A DNA stretch of 32,872 bases, taken from Nemertoderma westbladi. Lineage: Eukaryota > Animalia > Xenacoelomorpha. Positions 23,637 through 32,872 of the stretch are shown here, one piece after another. Location: NCBI GenBank assembly GCA_032718475.1, contig JAUCBJ010003523.1, positions 1-32,872 of the forward strand, written 5' to 3'. Each line of letters begins with the position of its first letter. The stretch's first letter is position 1. The notes below the pieces were generated by a model, which did not search any database, was not told where the DNA came from, and saw nothing but the letters and a program-made list of their open reading frames with translations. The position numbers and the translations under genes are program-made.

Positions 23637-24730
23637 TTATTCTTTCTTCTTGCAGAACGCCTGATATACTGATGATCTAAAACTGGAACTGAATGCAAGA
23701 TATATATATAGATTAATCACTTGGTTGAGACTGTGCAACCAGAAACCAATCTTCCGAGCAAGGGCGACAAACGATCCAGATTCTAGTGTTTCAAATATAT
23801 TTGCACCATAATTAATATATAAGTGATATATTATGTTTGGAGCTATTAAAATCATCGCACAGATATTTGTTGCCACCAACATTCGAGTTAATTGAATATC
23901 TTCAGATTTTCTTTTTTCAGATTTCCCAGCCATATTTTTTGCCATGAACCTCAATTTTCTAATTGTGATAATATTTAACGGGCAGATTACTCCGAATGGC
24001 AATATATAATCAAGGGTTGCCTGCCAGATATGTATTATTCCCATTAACTTTCTTGAAACGGCAGGATTGTATTGTATTAATTCTGTAGTATATACTTTGC
24101 CCTGACTGGCATAATAAGCAGGAAGTCCTGCTGTAGGGAAATAATTAGGCCAACTAAGAAATAATGTTATGAAAAATAATCCCCAAATAATGGTTTTGGT
24201 CTTTTGAAACAAATATTTTGCATTTTGAGGGCGCATCACACAAATATATCGTTCTATGGACAGATACATCAACATCCATATTGAATAATTTGTATTCCAA
24301 AACAATAACATTACTAGTGGTTTAATATACAAGCCCATGTGCCATAAAGGATATGCAATAAACAGGCTATAAATACCAAAAAACCAGACCTGTAATATTA
24401 AAAGCAAGGTATCACTAACTGACAGCGACATAATGAGATGTCTGGTATGGTTGTTAAGAATATTTGTTTTAGCCATCGTGTATATGTTGACAAAATTTGA
24501 TGGGATCCCAATGCAAAGGAGGCCAAGACCAAATATTCGTGTGATTTCATCTTCGAGCGATAAATCGCCAATCACATCAGACATTATATTATAAGTAACA
24601 ATCGCCTTGGAACATGATGGTGTCGAGGCATTGTTTATGCAATATGGAGGTGTCAAAATCACCTGATCATTATATATAGAGATAACAAGGCCGTCTTCAT
24701 TGATACTACCATTTTCTACTAATATACCAT
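23637..24730 (-). CDS. Rhodopsin-family (class A) GPCR, main coding exon; peptide-receptor-like (FMRFamide-receptor / srw-like) orphan
   Basis: Seven hydrophobic segments, with GIPSN in TM1, LSVSD in TM2, LSIERYICV (E/DRY), LPF in TM5, APN in TM6, INLYIY (NPxxY-like) in TM7 and SSSFR helix 8. The frame stays open upstream of the 24662 GTG (GILVENGSINEDGLVISIYNDQ) to a TTTGTAATTTCAG acceptor whose AG is at 24732-24731. Confidence 0.92.
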
Positions 24731-24818
24731 CTGAAATTACAAATATATATATTATAAGATAACAGCATTTCAGCAGTTTGAGAATAGTAGTTTTATGTCC
24801 CTTTACTTAAGATTGGCA

Positions 24819-24891
24819 TTGGTAGCCACATATCAGGTCTATCCATTGTATCTTTGGTAGCCACATATCAGGTCTATCCATTGTATCTTTG
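24819..24891. repeat. 35-bp tandem duplication in the GPCR intron
   Basis: TTGGTAGCCACATATCAGGTCTATCCATTGTATCT occurs at 24819 and again at 24854. Confidence 0.9.
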
Positions 24892-24979
24892 TATCGAATT
24901 ATTTGAGTAAATAAACTGCCTGATAATTATGAACTGGTTAATTAATTAATTCATTTAAATTAATTTATATAAAACTTAC

Positions 24980-25058
24980 CAGATTTAATTACATTTGATG
25001 CAATAACAGCAAAGAAAAGAACAATGTGGCAATGTCTTTGACAGAATAGATTCATCAT
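24980..25058 (-). CDS. Predicted first coding exon of the GPCR (signal-peptide-like)
   Basis: ATG at 25058 gives MMNLFCQRHCHIVLFFAVIASNVIKS plus one G, then a GTAAGT donor at 24979. The phase-1 junction (G+AT = Asp) joins in frame to the 24730 exon, giving a 390-aa protein. Confidence 0.75.
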
Positions 25059-25121
25059 ATCTATAAAATAAAGTTAGTTAATAATTCCAAAGATTTTATT
25101 TCACATCCCGTATAATAGTAT

Positions 25122-28291
<3,170 letters not shown>

Positions 28292-28294
<3 letters not shown>

Positions 28295-29200
28295 TTTTGA
28301 AAAACTGCCATAGTGTAATTATATCAGTTCGCTGATGGCTCGCCATACGTGTCTCGCCCCACATAGGAAATGGCAATACATGGCCATACAATCGATTTTG
28401 TCTCCAATCATCGCTGCCCCTTATTCCAGATCTCAATCAAATTCCTTCTAAAGTTTCTAAATTATTATGGAATGTTGAAGGCCTAACAGGGTGACACGCT
28501 TTCTTCTTGTGACATCATACTATTAAATGATAAGCTAGCTGTTTCCGACTCCTGTTTCCAACAATAATCCACCTGTAAAAATTTCGAACTCTTACACCTA
28601 TCTCAGCATTGTGTTCCAACACACACTTTCCTTCACGCAGCACATTACTAAAGTTGTCACAAAATTGAAGCAGTTAACTCCATTAATAATCCACGTTCTC
28701 TCTCCTTGGCAACTGCCCTTAAACTGTTTAAAATTAAAATCAAACCTATCGTGACGTACAGTCTTTGTTCTTTCTGACCATTCCTCACTACTTCTAACTA
28801 CCCTTGACAAGATTACGTATGGCTTTTTAAAGCGCCCATTGGGTCTCCACAAGTCTAAAAAACCTCATTACTCTTGCTTTGTGTAGCCAATACCCATTTC
28901 GCTGGACTTACAGAGAGAGATTAACCTTCCAGTTACAGAACAGTTTGTTCTGTATAAATCCATAATCGATTCAAAACCCACTGAAATTGACCCAGATTTT
29001 TGGAAAGCCCAGCGTTCTTGAACAGTCCCGTGGAAGGAACCCAACTGAAAATACCATCATATCACTCACTACCCGCTTATGGTTTTCACCACCGCTTCTG
29101 ACTGACGAAAACTTCCATTTCGCAACCGATTCTTGTGTCTGCCGCCTGTGTGGATCTAGAGCTACCACTTATCACCTCCTCGACTGCCCGAAAAACAGTC
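28292..29200 (+). mobile_element. Old, decayed non-LTR retrotransposon (RT C-half plus C-terminal CCHC zinc knuckle)
   Basis: Across stops and frameshifts: YQFADG (~28321, F/YADD-like), NSYTYLSIVFQHTLSFTQHI (~28587), KLFKIKIKPIVTYSL (~28722), LDKITYGFLKRPLGLHKS (~28804) and CRLCGSRATTYHLLDC (~29139-29186). Confidence 0.75.
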
Positions 29201-29450
29201 TCGCTTTCTTTCTGGGCTACCCTGAAACCGTCTCCATAAAGAGTACCATAATTAATTTTAAATTTTTAAATTTATTTTATATCGATGCTTTTATCAAACT
29301 TATCTTTTAAATTATTTTAAATTGCCACATGAGCTTAATTCAATTTATATTTTGCTTGATTATTACCGTGATTGGTCTCACTGTGGCAGTTCCCTGGCTT
29401 AATAAAATATATATAATATATGATATGATCTAATATATATGGTATCGTGA

Positions 29451-29538
29451 AAGTCTTGGGTGATAGGATCACGTTTCGGTGCAATTTCTCGATAAGCCAG
29501 CACAGGATTCTTAATGCAGCTCTAATGCAGCATGCCGA
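29451..29538 (+). mobile_element. Short diverged 3'-end fragment related to the RTE family
   Basis: GGTGCAATTTCTCGATAAGCCAGCACAGGATTCTTAATGCAGCTCTAATGCAGCATGCCGA aligns with the reverse complement of 4718-4784 (GGTGCAATTTTGTTGACAAGCCGGCACAGCATTCTTAAAAATGCAGCTGCAATGCAGCATGCCGA). Confidence 0.7.
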
Positions 29539-29741
29539 ATAATGAACATTGCGCAGTGAACATTGCGCCATAATGCGGCACATCTTGTCTAATAAGAATT
29601 AGAAGTTGATCAAAACCAAAACTTGCAAACAAATCGTTTAAATTGCAATATTGTGGTCAACCTGAAATTCGAATTATTATCATTTTTAATAGAATTCCAG
29701 GCCAATCGCAATAACAGCAGTTTTTGTTTTCTTTTTTGCAG

Positions 29742-29988
29742 CCAAATTTCAACATCCCAAATAGTATTTCGCAATCAACCAACTTCTGATTGGTCAGTGA
29801 CTCATGTATACATATTGGTTTGTATCTTTAACAACTTTCTCGTGATTATTATGGTGGGTGCTGTTGATTATCAAAGATTTACTAATCCCAGGACTAAAGG
29901 AAGGAAACTGGAATCTGAAACTACAGATAACCGAATTCGGAGAACTGGAACTGGAAATAAAAAAATTTCAATGGTGAAACGCTGCTGG
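29742..29988 (+). CDS. Internal exon of a divergent Cys-loop ligand-gated ion channel subunit (end of M2, M2-M3 loop, M3, start of intracellular loop)
   Basis: Strong acceptor TTTTCTTTTTTGCAG ending at 29741 and donor GTAAGA at 29989. The peptide QISTSQIVFRNQPTSDWSVTHVYILVCIFNNFLVIIMVGAVDY parallels the LPKVSY..AID.W...C..FVF..LLEYA.VNY pattern. It ends in phase 0, matching the next exon. Confidence 0.65.
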
Positions 29989-30031
29989 GTAAGAAATTCA
30001 TAGAGACAGTTTGTATATAGGCCTACACGAA

Positions 30032-30533
30032 GTGGGGACTTCGCGCAGCACGAAGTTGGCAGAGCCTTAGCGAATTGACACTGTTAGGGGGTAGGTCAAT
30101 TTATGCAAATAGTCACGTTGGCCCTCTAGCGGCAGACTGGAGAACTGCAGATGGATTCGCCTCCTTTGAAAGTCACAGCTAATGGTCTAATACATATCTG
30201 CCAAGTTTCAGCTTAAACGGATTAAAAGCAAAGAAATGGGAGGGCATTTAATGTTTAGACATGTGGCCCTCTAGCGGGAGACCATTGCACTGATGGTGTC
30301 TGAAAGTCTCTCAAAAATCTCAACATTTGCTCATATTGATACCTACAAATTTTCAACTTGGCAGCTTTAAATCCGACAAAGTTATTAGCATGTCAAAATC
30401 GTAACGACGACGACGACGACGACGACAACGACGACGACGACGACAACGACGACGACAACTATTTGCATAAATTGACCCACCCCCTAACAGTGTCAATTCG
30501 CTAAGGCTCCGCCAACTTCGTGGCTTGCCCCAC
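30032..30533. mobile_element. Non-autonomous inverted-repeat element (MITE or Helentron/DINE-like) with internal (GAC)n
   Basis: ~65-bp inverted repeats at 30049-30113 and 30458-30522, outer GTGGGG/CCCCAC, a (GAC)n tract at ~30404-30457 and a duplicated TGGCCCTCTAGCGG at 30119 and 30264. Confidence 0.75.
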
Positions 30534-31215
30534 ATTGTAATTGTAATAAGTTGATAGTAAGTTTTCAGTAAAGGGAGGAAGTTGAAACAGCGGCCCCTAC
30601 CAAAAGCTAAGCACATCTTATCATATAAATTTTCTTTTGCAGTCTAGATTTATTTTTTGTAGGCATATTAAATCATGTTATTAATTAATTATTATTGTAA
30701 TTAAATCACATGGGATACTCTCCAACAGCCTGTAAAGAGTCATCCAATTCACATCAGAATCATGGTTGGAGTAAATCTAGTCAATCTTCTTTTCCACAAA
30801 TGTGTGACTATCGATCGCAGTGTCACAGCATTCAGTGTAAAAAATTAAAACGCCAGTGACATAAAGCTTTTTGTAATTGGTGCCAATGCCATTGAATGGT
30901 CCTTTGCTCGTTGGTCAATTGGAATAGATGAGAGTTTGGTTACCTTTGTACTCTCTTCAATAATTTTTGGTATTGAGGAAACAGATGGTGGATTCTTGTA
31001 AATGTCCAGAAGGTTGACTTTCCTTTTGTAAAATTAATCGTCACAGAATAATATAAATATCGGGAAAGGGAATAATTATATCGAACAAAGTGGGATATAT
31101 TTATAACAAAATGTATATAGATTATAAATTGGGCACGTCAAAGACGTTGGGATGTGGGATCCGGATACAATTAATAATTAAATATAGTATAAATTAGAAA
31201 TATTATATTATTTCG

Positions 31216-31917
31216 AAAGCTTGTAAAGCTTATAAAGCTTGTAAAGCTTGTAAAGCTTGTAAAGCTTGTAAAGCTTGTAAAGCTTGTAAAGCTTGTAAAG
31301 CTTGTAAAGCTTGTAAAGCTTGTAAAGCTTGTAAAGCTTGTAAAGCTTGTAAAGCTTGTAAAGCTTGTAAAGCTTGTAAAGCTTGTAAAGCTTATAAAGC
31401 TTGTAAAGCTTGTAAAGCTTGTAAAGCTTATAAAGCTTGTAAAGCTTATAAAGCTTGTAAAGCTTGTAAAGCTTGTAAAGCTTGTAAAGCTTATAAAGCT
31501 TGTAAAGCTTGTAAAGCTTATAAAGCTTGTAAAGCTTGTAAAGCTTGTAAAGCTTGTAAAGCTTGTAAAGCTTGTAAAGCTTGTAAAGCTTGTAAAGCTT
31601 GTAAAGCTTGTAAAGCTTGTAAAGCTTGTAAAGCTTGTAAAGCTTGTAAAGCTTGTAAAGCTTGTAAAGCTTGTAAAGCTTGTAAAGCTTATAAAGCTTG
31701 TAAAGCTTGTAAAGCTTGTAAAGCTTGTAAAGCTTATAAAGCTTGTAAAGCTTGTAAAGCTTGTAAAGCTTGTAAAGCTTGTAAAGCTTGTAAAGCTTAT
31801 AAAGCTTGTAAAGCTTGTAAAGCTTGTAAAGCTTGTAAAGCTTGTAAAGCTTGTAAAGCTTGTAAAGCTTGTAAAGCTTGTAAAGCTTGTAAAGCTTGTA
31901 AAGCTTGTAAAGCTTGT
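31216..31917. repeat. 9-bp tandem repeat (AAAGCTTGT)n, ~78 units, intronic
   Basis: 702 bp of AAAGCTTGT with an AAAGCTTAT variant. It explains the poly-FTS minus-strand ORF. Confidence 0.98.
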
Positions 31918-32004
31918 GCTTGTCCTCACTTGTTTAATTTGTTACAGTTTTATATTAACTTGGATTATCTTGGTTTCCTCGTCACAATATATTTATGTTT
32001 GCAG

Positions 32005-32220
32005 GAAGAGGAAGAATCAAGTAGGCCTAAATGGATTAAATTCCGCTCGCGGAGTACAAATAAACTCCTGTCTACTGCCTTGAGACGACACGAGATGTTA
32101 GACTGGTTGGCCAGGATCTACTTTCCTATGTTATTTGTTTTATTCAATTTAATATACTGGATTTCTATATTGTTGGTTTCAAATTTGCAATATCAGAGTT
32201 ATATTAAGGATGAACTTTGA
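32005..32220 (+). CDS. Terminal exon of a Cys-loop ligand-gated ion channel subunit (M4), anion-channel (GABA/Gly/GluCl)-like pattern
   Basis: Acceptor TTTATGTTTGCAG ending at 32004, phase 0. It encodes MLDWLARIYFPMLFVLFNLIYW, matching the IDxxSRxxFPxxFxxFNxxYW M4 signature, with TGA at 32218-32220. Confidence 0.85.
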   Translation, partial: EEEESSRPKWIKFRSRSTNKLLSTALRRHEMLDWLARIYFPMLFVLFNLIYWISILLVSNLQYQSYIKDEL

Positions 32221-32872
32221 ACACAACGTATTTTAATTATTTTTGGTTAGTAAGTGCCTGCCTGCCTACATATGTTATATTGTTGTGTTACAACATTACA
32301 TTAGGGAACAGAAACTGAAGGATTCGTTGCGAACTTACGGTTAAATAGTCTTATTACAAATACCGTATTTTGGTATTTTTGTGGCAACAATTCGGGCTAG
32401 CTAGTGTTTTATTACATAATGATATTTTCAGTAGCTAATGTCCAAGGTAGCTAGAAGAAAAAAAAATTTAGTATAGCCTGCGTACCAAAATTGTGTTTTT
32501 TTGTGTTTTTACATGCGTTTATGAGTTCTACGCATTGTAGTATTGTCATTTATTAGTGACAATGAAACATTATTTTATACTTAAATTGTTACATTTTCGC
32601 TCGTATATACCCCAAAATTTGGAGAAATAGTTTCACTTTTTTTCCTTAAGGAAAAAAATGAACTCAAGATTACATTGATTTTACTTTTATTCCCGGCGAC
32701 AAAAAGTAAATTAAAATATTTTTGGTGGAGTTCCTTGAATTTTATTACATCTGGTCAAATACCATCGACGTAGAATAGGTTTGCACGTAATTTAAGCAAA
32801 ATCCATGTAACTCTCATTTAGTGTCTGCAAGGCGTACCTGTACACCAAAATGGAACTCAATATCGTTGTTAA

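Noticed and set aside
29335-29420. Hydrophobic plus-strand stretch LIQFIFCLIITVIGLTVAVPWLNK as a channel M1 exon
   Set aside because: No clear splice sites, no M1 Pro motif and no M2 continuation; it runs into AT-rich sequence and a stop.
30710-31050. Coding-looking, more GC-balanced segment in the channel intron
   Set aside because: Only short open frames on either strand and no recognisable motif; possibly an old TE remnant, but unsupported.
31171-31929. Poly-FTS 252-aa ORF
   Set aside because: It is a translation of the 9-bp tandem repeat.

Overview
Eukaryotic, AT-rich, intron-containing DNA, probably from an invertebrate; the taxon cannot be determined from the sequence. About 17 kb (980-17850) is a 30-bp minisatellite (AGAGAGAGAGGGATGGTGATTGATCTACCT). 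It has a hairpin at each boundary, higher-order duplications, and a young 5'-truncated RTE-type LINE inserted with a target-site duplication (TSD). Next comes a nest of mobile elements: a possible solo LTR, a CRE-like restriction-like-endonuclease retrotransposon fragment, a second decayed copy of the same RTE family split by a solo LTR, and a TTAA piggyBac-like fold-back element. A two-coding-exon rhodopsin-family GPCR lies on the minus strand, followed by a ~3.2 kb (CA)n tract, a decayed LINE, an inverted-repeat element and a 9-bp satellite. The last two exons of a divergent Cys-loop ligand-gated ion channel lie on the plus strand. Most long ORFs in the track are repeat artefacts. I found no clearly new biological system; the best leads are the satellite end architecture, the GPCR/ion-channel arrangement and the CRE-RTE junction.
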